Source: Planctomycetota bacterium
GTDB lineage: Bacteria; Planctomycetota; UBA8108; SXIK01
Assembly (NCBI GenBank): GCA_965223265.1
Contig: OZ244999.1
Span: 8,416,001-8,480,000, forward strand
Direction: 5' to 3'
Length of the DNA: 64,000 nucleotides
Part shown: positions 47,002 to 57,197 of the stretch, piece by piece
Layout of the letters: each line of letters starts with the position of its first letter
Position numbering within the stretch: position 1 is the first letter of the stretch
Program-made: the position numbers and the translations under genes
Notes under the pieces: generated by a model
The model's database searches: none
What the model saw: the letters and a program-made list of their open reading frames with translations, nothing else
What the model was told of the DNA's origin: nothing

Positions 47002-48452
47002 TTCCTCCGAAGTCATCACTTTGTTCCAGTTCCATCGCCGTGGATCCACAGGCACGCTCGCGTCGCTGGTTTCTCCAAGAGTGTGGCGTCGGTCTTGGAG
47101 CGATCGCGCTCGGGCAACTGATGGCGCGGACCGCGGCAGCTGCTCCGCCGTCGAGACTCGCCGCTGTGGACCCGCTCGCAGCGCGTGAGCCACCGCAGCC
47201 GGCGAAAGCAAAGCACGTTATCTTTCTGTTCATGGCCGGAGCGCCGAGTCACCTCGATCTCTTCGACTACAAACCGCAGCTGGAACGATTCGATGGAAGG
47301 CCGCCGCCGCGCGAACTCGTCGACGGCTATCGCGCCGCGTTTATCAATCCAAACGCGAATCTTCTCGGTCCGAAGTTCCCCTTTGCGCGCTACGGCGAGT
47401 CGGGCGCTGAGCTGTCGAGTCTGCTGCCACACCTCAGCGACGTCGTCGATGATGTCGCCATCGTGAAGAGCATGGCGACCGACGCATTCAACCATGCTCC
47501 AGCGCAGATTTTCATGAACACCGGGGCGCAGCAGTTCGGCCGCCCGAGCATGGGGTCTTGGGTGACGTATGGTCTCGGCAGCGACGCCGACGATCTGCCG
47601 GCTTTCGTCGTCTTCAGCTCTGGGCTCAAGGGACCGAGTGGCGGCAACTCGTGTTGGGGCAGCGGTTTTTTGCCGACGGTGTATCAGGGTGTGCCGTTTC
47701 GCTCGAGTGGCGACCCGGTTCTCTACCTGTCCACTCCCGAGGGCATCTCTGCGGCGACGCAAGCGAGGTCGTTCGGCGCGATCCAGCGTTTGAATCGTTT
47801 GCGCTTCGACGCCGTCGGCGACGCGGAGATCGTCACCCGCATTCGATCCTTCGAGATGGCCCATCGCATGCAGACGAGCGCCCCGGAGTTGATGGATTTG
47901 GCGAGCGAGTCACCGGAGACGCTGGCGATGTACGGTGCGGAGCCAGGGAAAGCTTCGTATGCGAACAATTGCCTACTGGCACGTCGTCTTGTCGAGCGAG
48001 GCGTCCGGTTTGTGCAGCTGTTTCACGAGGCGTGGGATCAGCACAGCAATCTTGTCGGCGGCCTGAAGAGAAACTGCAGCGCTACGGACCGCGCCAGTGC
48101 AGCATTGATCAAGGACCTGAAGCAGCGTGGGCTGCTCGACGAGACGATCGTTGTCTGGGGGGGCGAGTTCGGTCGCACGCCCATGGTCCAAGGGGGTAGT
48201 GACGGCCGTGATCACCACCCCCGCGCGTTCACGATGTGGCTCGCGGGTGGTGGGATTCGCGGCGGCATGACGCTCGGCGAGACGGACGACTTCGGTTTCA
48301 ACGTCGTCGACGATCGTGTTCACGTCCACGACCTCCATGCCACGCTCCTGCACCTCCTCGGCTTTGACCACACCGAGCTGACGTTTCGGTTTCAGGGGCG
48401 TGACTTTCGCCTCACTGATGTCCATGGCGAGGTCGTCGAGCAGCTGCTGTGA
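46998..48452 (+). CDS. DUF1501 domain protein (Tat signal)
   Basis: SRRWFL, AKHVIFLFMAGAPSHLDLFDYKP, GEFGRTP, GRDHHP. ATGA overlap with the upstream gene. Confidence 0.94.
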   Translation: MIPPKSSLCSSSIAVDPQARSRRWFLQECGVGLGAIALGQLMARTAAAAPPSRLAAVDPLAAREPPQPAKAKHVIFLFMAGAPSHLDLFDYKPQLERFDGRPPPRELVDGYRAAFINPNANLLGPKFPFARYGESGAELSSLLPHLSDVVDDVAIVKSMATDAFNHAPAQIFMNTGAQQFGRPSMGSWVTYGLGSDADDLPAFVVFSSGLKGPSGGNSCWGSGFLPTVYQGVPFRSSGDPVLYLSTPEGISAATQARSFGAIQRLNRLRFDAVGDAEIVTRIRSFEMAHRMQTSAPELMDLASESPETLAMYGAEPGKASYANNCLLARRLVERGVRFVQLFHEAWDQHSNLVGGLKRNCSATDRASAALIKDLKQRGLLDETIVVWGGEFGRTPMVQGGSDGRDHHPRAFTMWLAGGGIRGGMTLGETDDFGFNVVDDRVHVHDLHATLLHLLGFDHTELTFRFQGRDFRLTDVHGEVVEQLL

Positions 48453-48743
48453 GGGCGCAGCGGCGTAGTGGGTCCTTCCCCGATCTTTCGGAAGTTCAAA
48501 TGCCGATCGGTGTCGACATCGGTCGGTGAACAGCCGAAGCTCGGGGGTCATGTGGGCGGCTGGGAATCGACTTTATGAAGCCGCCGATGGTCGTAAACCA
48601 AAGTTTCGTAGGTTGTTGTGCGCTTCAGGATGAGGCAGCCTGGATCGTGGAACGGCTCTTGCTTTCGTTGAACTCGTCGGCGTCGTTATCCGCCATGGTG
48701 CGGCGACGCTCGCGAGTTCTGAGGAAGCTGGAGCTGGCCGGGG

Positions 48744-50165
48744 TTGAAAGAACGGCTCGGAATTCTCGTTGGTGTCTTTGCGGCGCTTTTTTCGTGCACG
48801 GAGCCGTTTTCACTCGGCTCAACACGCATGGCGCCCGGGATCCGCAGCGCGGCTGGGGGAGGGGCGCCGGCTCGCGAATTGGCGATTGGAGCGGCATCTT
48901 CACCTGCAGCTAGCGGCGACGTGGGCCTGAGTGACCTTGATCTCGGGATCCGCGTAAGCGTCGAGGGCAGCCCCGTAGATGCCGAGTCGAGCGGTGGCGT
49001 CGAGCCCGCGACCATCGCACCCGTTGCCGGCTTTGAGGAAGCGGCGGCAGACTCGAACGACGTGCGTCCCGCCGCCAGCGACGGGTTCTTCGTCGACGCT
49101 AGCATCGCTGCGGAGTTTTCTCATCAGGCCGCGATACTCCTCAGTTCAGGGGAATTCGCCGGCACGGCGCCTACCGTTTTCGTGGATGTCGTCACCGCGC
49201 TTTGCAGTCGGGTCCACCTCGTCTTTCTTGTCAACGGTGAGGCGGATTATGAACTCGTGAATCAACTCCTCAGCGCGCGCGACCTTGATCCCGACGCCTT
49301 TACGTTCTTCGACGTAGCTCACGACACGATGTGGGTTCGCGACTACGGTCCGTTCGTGCGCCAGACCGTAGACGGCTCCGCTGCTATCTTTGACTCGGCC
49401 TACACGGACGACGAGCGGGAGAACGACGACGAAGTGCCGGCGACGTTGGCGTCGCTTCTCGGCATGCATCTGGTGCGTGTGGCCCTCGAGCTCGACGGTG
49501 GCAACTTGATCGTCAATGGCCAGGGGCTTTGTGTGTCAACCACGAAGGTGTTTAGCGAAAACTCTGCCCCGGGGTCAGAGGTGAAGCGCCTGATGCGCTC
49601 CTATTTCGGTTGCACCGAGATAGTTTTTCTCGAGCCACTCGCAGGCGAGGACACGGGACACGTCGACATGTTCGCCGTGTTGATCTCCGAGCGTGTCGTG
49701 GTTGTTGGCGAATACGACAGCGATGACGATCCGATCAATGCGGCAATCCTTGATGCCAACGCCGCACGACTATCGCGTGTGAAAGTGGACGGCAAGCCAC
49801 TACAAGTAGTGCGTTTACCGATGCCGAGACCTCCAGAGAGTTTTTGGGACGAAGACACGGAGGAAGACGAGGACGTCGAGCTTGAGGAGGTGGAAGACGA
49901 CGAGCTTGAAGAGGACGAGGTGTGGCCCACGTACACGAACGTGGTCTTCGCCAACGGACGACTCCTGGTCCCCGTCTATGGGAACGATCCGCCGGAGCGG
50001 CGAGCTCTGGTTCTGTCGACGTACGGTCGCTTGCTTCCCGGGTGGGAGATCGTTCCGATCGACGCTACCGAGCTCATTTCATCGGGGGGCGCTCTTCACT
50101 GCGTGACACGCCATCTACCAACGCTCGGTGCACTCAGGGTTGCGCCGGCATGCCCCAGAAAGTGA
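48744..50165 (+). CDS. Agmatine/peptidylarginine deiminase family protein, predicted exported, with an acidic insertion
   Basis: WVRDYGP, LDGGN, TGHVD, YTN, GGALHCVT (catalytic Cys); N-terminal hydrophobic leader ending LFSC. Confidence 0.88.
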   Translation: MKERLGILVGVFAALFSCTEPFSLGSTRMAPGIRSAAGGGAPARELAIGAASSPAASGDVGLSDLDLGIRVSVEGSPVDAESSGGVEPATIAPVAGFEEAAADSNDVRPAASDGFFVDASIAAEFSHQAAILLSSGEFAGTAPTVFVDVVTALCSRVHLVFLVNGEADYELVNQLLSARDLDPDAFTFFDVAHDTMWVRDYGPFVRQTVDGSAAIFDSAYTDDERENDDEVPATLASLLGMHLVRVALELDGGNLIVNGQGLCVSTTKVFSENSAPGSEVKRLMRSYFGCTEIVFLEPLAGEDTGHVDMFAVLISERVVVVGEYDSDDDPINAAILDANAARLSRVKVDGKPLQVVRLPMPRPPESFWDEDTEEDEDVELEEVEDDELEEDEVWPTYTNVVFANGRLLVPVYGNDPPERRALVLSTYGRLLPGWEIVPIDATELISSGGALHCVTRHLPTLGALRVAPACPRK

Positions 50166-50254
50166 CACCGCGAGTCGTCGTCGCACTTTCAGTTCCGCCG
50201 TGGGAGCCGCGTACTGAACGCGAGGTGACCGAGACGCATCGACCTCTGGTGTGC

Positions 50255-51255
50255 TCATTTCTTTCCGATGATCTCCAAATAATCTCGATAGGCCGCCTCG
50301 AGGTCGAGTTCGATTTCCGACGCAGTGGTATGGAGGAGGATTCCCCAGCGCAGCCGAAAGGGCTCGCCTCTCTTGATGACCGTACGGTTCTTCTTGAGCT
50401 TGGCGCGCTCGGCTGGCGGAAACGCGCTGCGAAAGTCGACCTGCGCGAAAGGATTCGCGACCAGAACGCCGTAGCCGCGGGCGTGGAAGCGGCTGACTCT
50501 GAAGTTGTCCGGGTGCGGCATGAGGCAGACGCCTGCGAACTTGCCGTCGACGATCCCGGCGTAGTCGCACCATCGCGCCGGTTCGCCGTAGGCGTTGTTG
50601 TAGCCACGCTCGTTCAGTTGCCATTCGCTGTTACGGATGCGTCCACCTTCTTTGGCGTTGACGTTCATCATCGCTTGAACGCGGATCGCCATTCCCATCT
50701 CCTGCTGATCGCCGAAGACGAGGTCCTGCGTGCCAGACTGAAACGTGCTGTCCCAGAGGATCAGCGTGCCGTGCGGTCGGGAGAGGAAGGTATAGCGCAC
50801 CGTCTCGGTGCAGTAGATTTCGCCGTCTCCATCGAGGCAAAGATTGAGGACAGCGAAGGTCCCTTTACCGGAGCCGCCTTTCGGTTTGTCGATGAACCCA
50901 GCATGAAGGACCGGCGACTTCATGCGCCAATGGTCGTTGCCGCTGATGTCACCGAACGCGTGATAGAGCCTGGATGAAGAGCGCCATGGTCGTGGTCAGC
51001 CTCGTACTTGGGAGGGTTGTGAATAGAAACCTGGTGCCCTCCGGGTGCGTGGACCTCCTTGAAAAACGGACGGGTCGTGCGCTCATCCCCGAATACGTAG
51101 CGCGCGAGTTTCTCTTCGCCTCGCATCACGACAAGTCCATCGTCGAGCGTCCGAAAGTAAATTTGCGGCGGCTCGCCGGCTTCAGTTGTGGGGCCGAGCG
51201 CTGGAGCAGCGACGTGCAGACCAATCGCGAGTGTGATGACAAACTGACGCCGCAT
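50255..51255 (-). pseudogene. PmoA-family (PF14100)/DUF6807-like secreted protein split by a frameshift near 50967
   Basis: The 5' frame (MRRQFVIT...RPFFKEVHAPGG...DHDHGALHPG) continues one base shifted as (L)YHAFGDISGNDHWRMK...GDQQEMGMAIRV...FHARGYGVLVANPF. Confidence 0.8.
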
Positions 51256-51429
51256 GGGTAGCCTCCCTGAGTGCTTCCTCGTTATCCTGTGCGTAGAAGT
51301 GGACTCTGGCGATTGTAGCCGTGAGATGTGCTCGAGCGGAACGATGGGGCGGCTTTTTCGACCGTGGCCCATCCCGATCTGTTGGCAAAAACCCCTTGTG
51401 AAGGCTTCGGCGAGTCGATGAATGATCTC

Positions 51430-52749
51430 ATGACGAAACGATCTGCGCAGTTGCCGTTCGGTGTCATCTCGATGGTTCGACACTTCCTGGCGAATCTCTC
51501 TGCGACGATCTTGCTCACCATTTGTTTGCAGGCATGGGGAACGAACCTGATCTTCGCTGACAACTGGCCGGCATGGCGCGGCGCTACCGGGCAAGGACTT
51601 TGCTCCGAAACCGATCTGCCGACACGCTGGAGTACTGAAGAGCACGTCAAGTGGAAGGTCGCACTCCCGGCAGCGGGCAACTCGACTCCGATTGTATGGA
51701 ATGAACGGGTTTTCCTCACTCAAGCCACGGACAAAGGGACGAAGCGCTGGACTCACTGTTTTCACCGCAGCGACGGTCGTGAGCTTTGGAAGAGGATGGT
51801 CCCCTATAATGCGGCCGAGCCGACGCACGATGGCAATCCGTATTGTTCGGCGTCGCCGGTGACGGACGGAGAAGTCGTGATCGTCTCGCATGGTTCCGCC
51901 GGAGTTTACTGTTACGACCTTGACGGCGATGAGAGATGGCACCGCGACCTTGGAACGTTCCATCACGTCTGGGGCAATGCAGCGTCGCCGATGATCGAGG
52001 GTGAAGTTTGTATCGTGAATTGTGGGCCAGGGGAGCGAACGTTTCTCATCGCGCTCGAGAAGACGACCGGGGAGAAGGTGTGGAAGATGGACGTTCCCGG
52101 CGGCTTGGCCGATGGTGACTCGAGTACGTGGACCGGTTCCTGGAGTACGCCGGTGATCGCGGCGGTGGGTGGGGAGCGGCTCCTCTTCATGAGCTATCCG
52201 GGAGTTTTGTACGTTCTACGCCCGCAGAGCGGGGAGGAAGTCTGGCGTAGCGAGGGATTGGGCAAACTCGTCTACACGTCGCCGCTCATCAGCGACGGTG
52301 TCGCCGTCAGCATGAGCGGCTACAAGGGGCCGCTCATGGGCGTCCGAGTTGGCGGCACCGGCGATGTCACCGCGTCGCATCGCCTGTGGCACTTCGAGCG
52401 CGGGCCGCAGCGCATCGGTTCAGGAGTGATTCACGACGGTCACATCTATGTTGTCAACGACTCTGGTGTCGCCGAGTGTCTTAAGCTGAGCACAGGCAAG
52501 CGAGTTTGGCGTGAACGCCTGGGCGCCAAGTCGTGGAGCTCGGTCGTCCTGGCAGGAGATCGGCTTTACACTGCGGATCAGGAAGGCAACGTTTTCGTCG
52601 TCCGGGCTGCCAAAGAGAAATCCGAGGTCGTGGCCCGCAACGCTCTCGGAGAGCGTATGCGTGCGTCGGTGGCAGTGTCGAACGGCGAGCTCTTTCTGCG
52701 CACGTACAGGCACCTTTGGTGCATCGCCGAGACTGACCGTGATCGCTAA
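51430..52749 (+). CDS. PQQ-binding-like beta-propeller repeat protein
   Basis: ADNWPAWRG, GNSTPIVW, NPYCSASP, GSWSTP, LFLRTYRHLWCI. Start uncertain (51328-51472). Confidence 0.9.
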   Translation: MTKRSAQLPFGVISMVRHFLANLSATILLTICLQAWGTNLIFADNWPAWRGATGQGLCSETDLPTRWSTEEHVKWKVALPAAGNSTPIVWNERVFLTQATDKGTKRWTHCFHRSDGRELWKRMVPYNAAEPTHDGNPYCSASPVTDGEVVIVSHGSAGVYCYDLDGDERWHRDLGTFHHVWGNAASPMIEGEVCIVNCGPGERTFLIALEKTTGEKVWKMDVPGGLADGDSSTWTGSWSTPVIAAVGGERLLFMSYPGVLYVLRPQSGEEVWRSEGLGKLVYTSPLISDGVAVSMSGYKGPLMGVRVGGTGDVTASHRLWHFERGPQRIGSGVIHDGHIYVVNDSGVAECLKLSTGKRVWRERLGAKSWSSVVLAGDRLYTADQEGNVFVVRAAKEKSEVVARNALGERMRASVAVSNGELFLRTYRHLWCIAETDRDR

Positions 52750-52771
52750 GCTAGACCGCTTCAGCGCCGCA

Positions 52772-53497
52772 TCACAGGTCGATTTCGGCGACAACGGGCA
52801 AATGGTCGGACGCCGCCCGCGCTACTTTTGTGCGGCTGACGTGGACACGGTCGATGCGAGCGGGGCCTCGCACGAAGACGCGGTCGAGGGCCCGGAGCGG
52901 GCGGACCGCTGGGAACGTCCGCACCTTCGTGCGTCCACACTCGTACCCCTCGGGTTCAAGGATACCCGGTCCCAACCTCCCCCAGACGTCGTTGAAGTCG
53001 CCGCCGATGATCGCCGCCGTGTCGTGCCGTAAGTGGTGGTGATGCTGCCATGCTAGGACACGCTGCAGCTGCCGCCGCCGCTCGTACTCTGCCAGACCAA
53101 GGTGTACGTTGAAGAGCCAGATGCGCCGGCGGTGGCCACGGGCCGAAACCGTCAAGCGTGCGTGGAGGGCACCGCGTCGCTTCTTGAGCGGCATCGTGAG
53201 GTCGATGTTTTCGGAGTGCTCCAGACGCATGCGGCTGAGAAGCGCGTTACCGTAGTGCCCACGCTTTAGCCGTACGTTCGGAAAGTAGGCGCGATACTTG
53301 TAACCGAGAGCGTCGCCGAGCAAATCGACCTGACGGTCGCGTCGCGATCGTGGTACGCCTTCGTCGACCTCCTGCAGGAAGACGAGGTCCGCTTCCAAAG
53401 CCCGTAAGACCTCGATGACGCGCTCGGGGCGATAGCGCCGGTCAACGCCACCGATGGCTTTGTGGATGTTGTAGGTGACGAGTCGAAAGCGTTTCAT
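52772..53497 (-). CDS. Endonuclease/exonuclease/phosphatase family protein (YbhP-like)
   Basis: VTYNIHK, LQEVD, YGNALLS, GDFN, LDRVF, SDHLP. Confidence 0.92.
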   Translation of the reverse strand: MKRFRLVTYNIHKAIGGVDRRYRPERVIEVLRALEADLVFLQEVDEGVPRSRRDRQVDLLGDALGYKYRAYFPNVRLKRGHYGNALLSRMRLEHSENIDLTMPLKKRRGALHARLTVSARGHRRRIWLFNVHLGLAEYERRRQLQRVLAWQHHHHLRHDTAAIIGGDFNDVWGRLGPGILEPEGYECGRTKVRTFPAVRPLRALDRVFVRGPARIDRVHVSRTKVARAASDHLPVVAEIDL

Positions 53498-53612
53498 CCA
53501 ATCGATTGTAGGAAGTCAGGCATGCCGCGACGGAAGCAAGCTGTACGGAGGTTACTTGAGGTGACGTGCGTACCGCGTGCGGCTTCGCTGTCGTCGTTCT
53601 TCGATCAACTGT

Positions 53613-54722
53613 TCACTTCACAACCGCCTTCTCGACCGTTAGCTTTTCGAGCCGCATGGGCACTGGCTCAGGGAGCTCCTCGAGCGCCCGCACGACCGGC
53701 TGTCCGCCCGCCGATTGATCCAGCTCGATGGCCGGGTCGCCTAGGTCTTCTCGATAGAACCGTTCGCTTGGAAAGATGTCGGCTGGGTAGGTGAAATTCT
53801 CCAGCGTCGCGAGCGCTGCGCAGTGTGCCGCACCCACGGCACTCTCGAGCATGCCGCCGACCCAGCAGGGGATGCCGGCATCGCGGCAGATATCGTGGAT
53901 GGCGACTGCGTTCGTCAGACCACCGACGCGCCCCGGTTTGACATTCACGAACTCGCAGCTCTTGATCGCAATCGCTTGCCGGACTCGGTGCGTCGAGATG
54001 ATACTTTCATCGAGGCAGACCGGCGTCTTGATCGCCCTCTGCAGCTCTGCGTGGTCAATGAGGTCGTCATGATCCAGGGGCTGTTCAATCATCGCCAAGC
54101 CGAATGCGTCCACCTGCTTGAAGATCGGTAAATCAGAGATGCGATAACCGCTGTTGCAGTCGATGTGAAACGTATGGTCTGGAAACTGTTGCCTCACCGC
54201 GGCGAGCATGTCAACGTCCCAACCTGGCCGGAATTTCAGTTTGACCCGTGGGAATCCCGCTTCGATCGCCGCCGCGATTCCTTCGAGCAGATCGTCGAAG
54301 CAGTCCATGACGCCGAAGTCTGCACCGACGGGCGCTTCGTCGCGCCTGCCGCCGAGCAGCGTGTGCAGCGGCCGGCCCTTGGCGCGGGAGTGAAGACTCC
54401 ACCAGGCGGTGTCGAGGATCGCTTTGGCGAACTGGTTGCCCTTGTAGATCGCGAGGCGACTCTGGAGCTCTGCACCTGACGTTATGTTCTGCCCGAGAAG
54501 CGCCGGCGCCAGCCAGTCTCGAGCCACCCCGAAGATCCCTGCGGCCCACTCGGGGCTGTAGCACGGTGCGGCGAAAGGAGCGCTCTCGCCCCAGCCGTAT
54601 AGCGAGCCCGAGCACATTCGACAGAGAACTGCGTGTATCGCGGCATCTTCACCGTACGCCGTTCGCCACGGATAGATCAGCGGCATGGCCACGTGATGGA
54701 GCTCTATACGATCAATCTTCAT
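53613..54722 (-). CDS. menC: o-succinylbenzoate synthase / N-succinylamino acid racemase (NSAR/OSBS subfamily)
   Basis: Enolase superfamily: RVKLK, IDCNS, IEQPL, CLDES, NVKPGRVGGL, WVGGMLES. Confidence 0.88.
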   Translation of the reverse strand: MKIDRIELHHVAMPLIYPWRTAYGEDAAIHAVLCRMCSGSLYGWGESAPFAAPCYSPEWAAGIFGVARDWLAPALLGQNITSGAELQSRLAIYKGNQFAKAILDTAWWSLHSRAKGRPLHTLLGGRRDEAPVGADFGVMDCFDDLLEGIAAAIEAGFPRVKLKFRPGWDVDMLAAVRQQFPDHTFHIDCNSGYRISDLPIFKQVDAFGLAMIEQPLDHDDLIDHAELQRAIKTPVCLDESIISTHRVRQAIAIKSCEFVNVKPGRVGGLTNAVAIHDICRDAGIPCWVGGMLESAVGAAHCAALATLENFTYPADIFPSERFYREDLGDPAIELDQSAGGQPVVRALEELPEPVPMRLEKLTVEKAVVK

Positions 54723-54916
54723 TGTCGTCTCTCTCGTTGGTCGTCGTGCTGTAGTCGTCGCGTCGCTGCGAGGTTTTCATTCGAGCGGTCGTGTGCTACA
54801 AGTCGCAGAACGGCAGGCAAGCGCGCGACTGATCGCCGTGAAGTGGAGCGACTTCCTGACGCCGCTGCAATAGTCTTGCGTGGAAAATCTTCGACTTGGG
54901 ACGACAACAGGACCAC

Positions 54917-55813
54917 ATGTTCGGATCACACCTTTCAGTTGCTGGCGGTCTCGAGAACGCACTGATCGAGGCGCAAAAGCTCGGCTTTGAGTGCGTGCAG
55001 GTGTTCACAAAGAATCAGCGACAATGGCACGCCAAGCCGCTGACCGACGAGCAGGTCGCCGCGTGGAAAAAGCATCTCAAGGGTAGCGGCATCAAGAAAA
55101 CCGTCAGTCACGACAGCTACCTCATCAATCTCGCGTCGACGAATCGAGACACGAGAGAGAAATCGATCCGGCTGTTCGTCGATGAAGTCGAACGCTGCGA
55201 AGCGCTCGGGATTCCTTACCTGGTCACCCACCCGGGCGCGCACCTTGGCCTTGGAGAGAAGAAAGGGCTGGAGCGCGTCGCCAAAGCGCTCGACCGCGTG
55301 CACAAGTCGCTTGCGGGATATGATACGCTGACCTGTCTTGAGATCACGGCGGGGCAAGGATCAAGCCTCGGCTATCGGTTCGAACACCTACGCGAAATCA
55401 TCGACCGCGTACGCGAACCCGAGCGGCTGCGTGTTTGCTTCGATACGGCGCACGCGCTTGCAGCAGGATATGATCTCACGTCTGCCGCTGGCGCTAAATC
55501 GGTGTTTCAAGAGTTCGATTCGGTTCTTGGACTCGACCTGCTCCGCGTCTTTCATCTCAACGACTCGAAAGTCGAGCGCGGCAAGCGCGTCGATCGACAC
55601 GAACACATTGGATATGGATACGTTGCACTCGCTGCGTTCGGTTACATAGTCAACCACGCAAAGTTTCGCCGGGTACCAAAGATTCTCGAGACACCAAAGG
55701 AGCTCGACGACCAGGGCGAGGAGTGGGACGTCGTCAACGTGCGGGCGCTTCAGGGTCTGATCAGATCAAAAGCGAAGAAACGAACGGCCGCGCGATCAGG
55801 TAGGACTCGGTGA
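54917..55813 (+). CDS. nfo: Endonuclease IV (deoxyribonuclease IV)
   Basis: GSHLSVAGG, HDSYLINLA, HPGAH, EITAGQG, CFDTAH, HLNDSK, DRHEHIG, ILETPK. Confidence 0.96.
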   Translation: MFGSHLSVAGGLENALIEAQKLGFECVQVFTKNQRQWHAKPLTDEQVAAWKKHLKGSGIKKTVSHDSYLINLASTNRDTREKSIRLFVDEVERCEALGIPYLVTHPGAHLGLGEKKGLERVAKALDRVHKSLAGYDTLTCLEITAGQGSSLGYRFEHLREIIDRVREPERLRVCFDTAHALAAGYDLTSAAGAKSVFQEFDSVLGLDLLRVFHLNDSKVERGKRVDRHEHIGYGYVALAAFGYIVNHAKFRRVPKILETPKELDDQGEEWDVVNVRALQGLIRSKAKKRTAARSGRTR

Positions 55814-55876
55814 CCGAAGAGAGAACCGTCCACAAGCCCAATCGTCGCGTCTGAACACCAGCCAGTGTCGACGCGT

Positions 55877-57061
55877 TCAGAGGGTCGACCCGAGATCCTG
55901 CCAGCGCACGACGCGCGGCGTAAAGGAAGCCGACGTTCGGTCGTACATCGCCTTGCGGCCCATGATCGCCATGAGTGTGCTGATGCGCCCGGTCTCATGG
56001 TTTGAATCGGGGAGTTTTCCTGTGCGCAGCGAGTCGGCGAAGGCGACGAATTCTTCCCGCGTGCCGTCCATATACCCCGTGCTCGGCTTGCCGATTTGCG
56101 TGCCGCCTTGACCGCGCACATACTCCGTCGCTTGGGTCATGTCGTAGCCCCCCTTCTCGGTGGCGATCCAAAGCTTCTCGCCGCTTTGGTTTCCGCCTTG
56201 CTCGTCTCCGAATGGGCCGGGCATGCCGAAGAGATGCGTGTACGAAAACAAAACGTTCCCTGGGAACTCGAAAATGACCGCCGACTTGATTTCGTTGAGG
56301 TGCTGTGGCGGATTCGGTCCTGGATTCGGCATCGGCGCCCCGATCGCGACACAGTGGAGCGGGGCCTGATCGCCCATTACCCAACTCATAGCGTCGAGGT
56401 GATGAACCGCTTGCTCAACGAGACGGCCACCGCCCTTGTCCTGGTCGAGGAGGCTGGGCACACGCGAGAAGTGCCAGTGACCTTGAAGCGCGTACACTTT
56501 CCCTAGCTTGCCAGCGCGGACGCGTCGCGCGACTTCTCGGTGACCGGGGATGTAACGGCGCTGACAACCGACCTGAAACCAGCGGTTCGCCTGACGCGCC
56601 GCGCGCACCATGGCATCGACCTTCTCAACGGTTTGATCGAGTGGCTTCTCGGTGAAACAATTGAGTCCAGCCTGCAGGACCGGCACGACAACCTTGGCAT
56701 GGTTTTCGACCTCAACGACAATAGAGATGCCGTCAAGCTTCTCTTTGTCGATCATCTTGCGAAAGTCCTTGTAGCCACGCGGATTGCTCTTGTGCGCGAT
56801 CTTCTTAGCTTTGGCGAGGCGGTCGTCGCGCAGTTCGCAGACCGCTGCGATATGGACGTTCGGTACCGTCGCTAGTGCCGTGAGGTCGGCCGACCCACGG
56901 CCGCCGCAGCCAATGGTGCCGACGCGAACGACGTCGTCGCGCCCAAGAACTCCTGGGCCGACGATGGCGGGAACGGCAAGGGCGGTCGCATTGAGTGCCG
57001 TGGTTCTCAAGAAGCGGCGGCGAGACAGTCGAACGTTCGACTTTGATTCCATAGTACCCAT
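55877..57061 (-). CDS. Tat-exported Gfo/Idh/MocA oxidoreductase
   Basis: SRRRFL, IGCGGRG, TEKPL, EQAVHHLD. Confidence 0.9.
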   Translation of the reverse strand: MGTMESKSNVRLSRRRFLRTTALNATALAVPAIVGPGVLGRDDVVRVGTIGCGGRGSADLTALATVPNVHIAAVCELRDDRLAKAKKIAHKSNPRGYKDFRKMIDKEKLDGISIVVEVENHAKVVVPVLQAGLNCFTEKPLDQTVEKVDAMVRAARQANRWFQVGCQRRYIPGHREVARRVRAGKLGKVYALQGHWHFSRVPSLLDQDKGGGRLVEQAVHHLDAMSWVMGDQAPLHCVAIGAPMPNPGPNPPQHLNEIKSAVIFEFPGNVLFSYTHLFGMPGPFGDEQGGNQSGEKLWIATEKGGYDMTQATEYVRGQGGTQIGKPSTGYMDGTREEFVAFADSLRTGKLPDSNHETGRISTLMAIMGRKAMYDRTSASFTPRVVRWQDLGSTL

Positions 57062-57197
57062 CCTCGAAGAGTTCGCTGTCGGATCAGCGGTGTGTCAACT
57101 GTGGAGGGTCGGTGGCAACGGAAAACGCTAGCGAACCGCGCCACGACGCGCAGTCATTCTACGGCGGCGTTCGTGCTATTCCCAATAGCTACCAGCT

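Noticed and set aside
50255-51255. Methane monooxygenase implied by the family name PmoA
   Set aside because: This is a soluble secreted family common in PVC bacteria; there are no pmoCAB membrane subunits.
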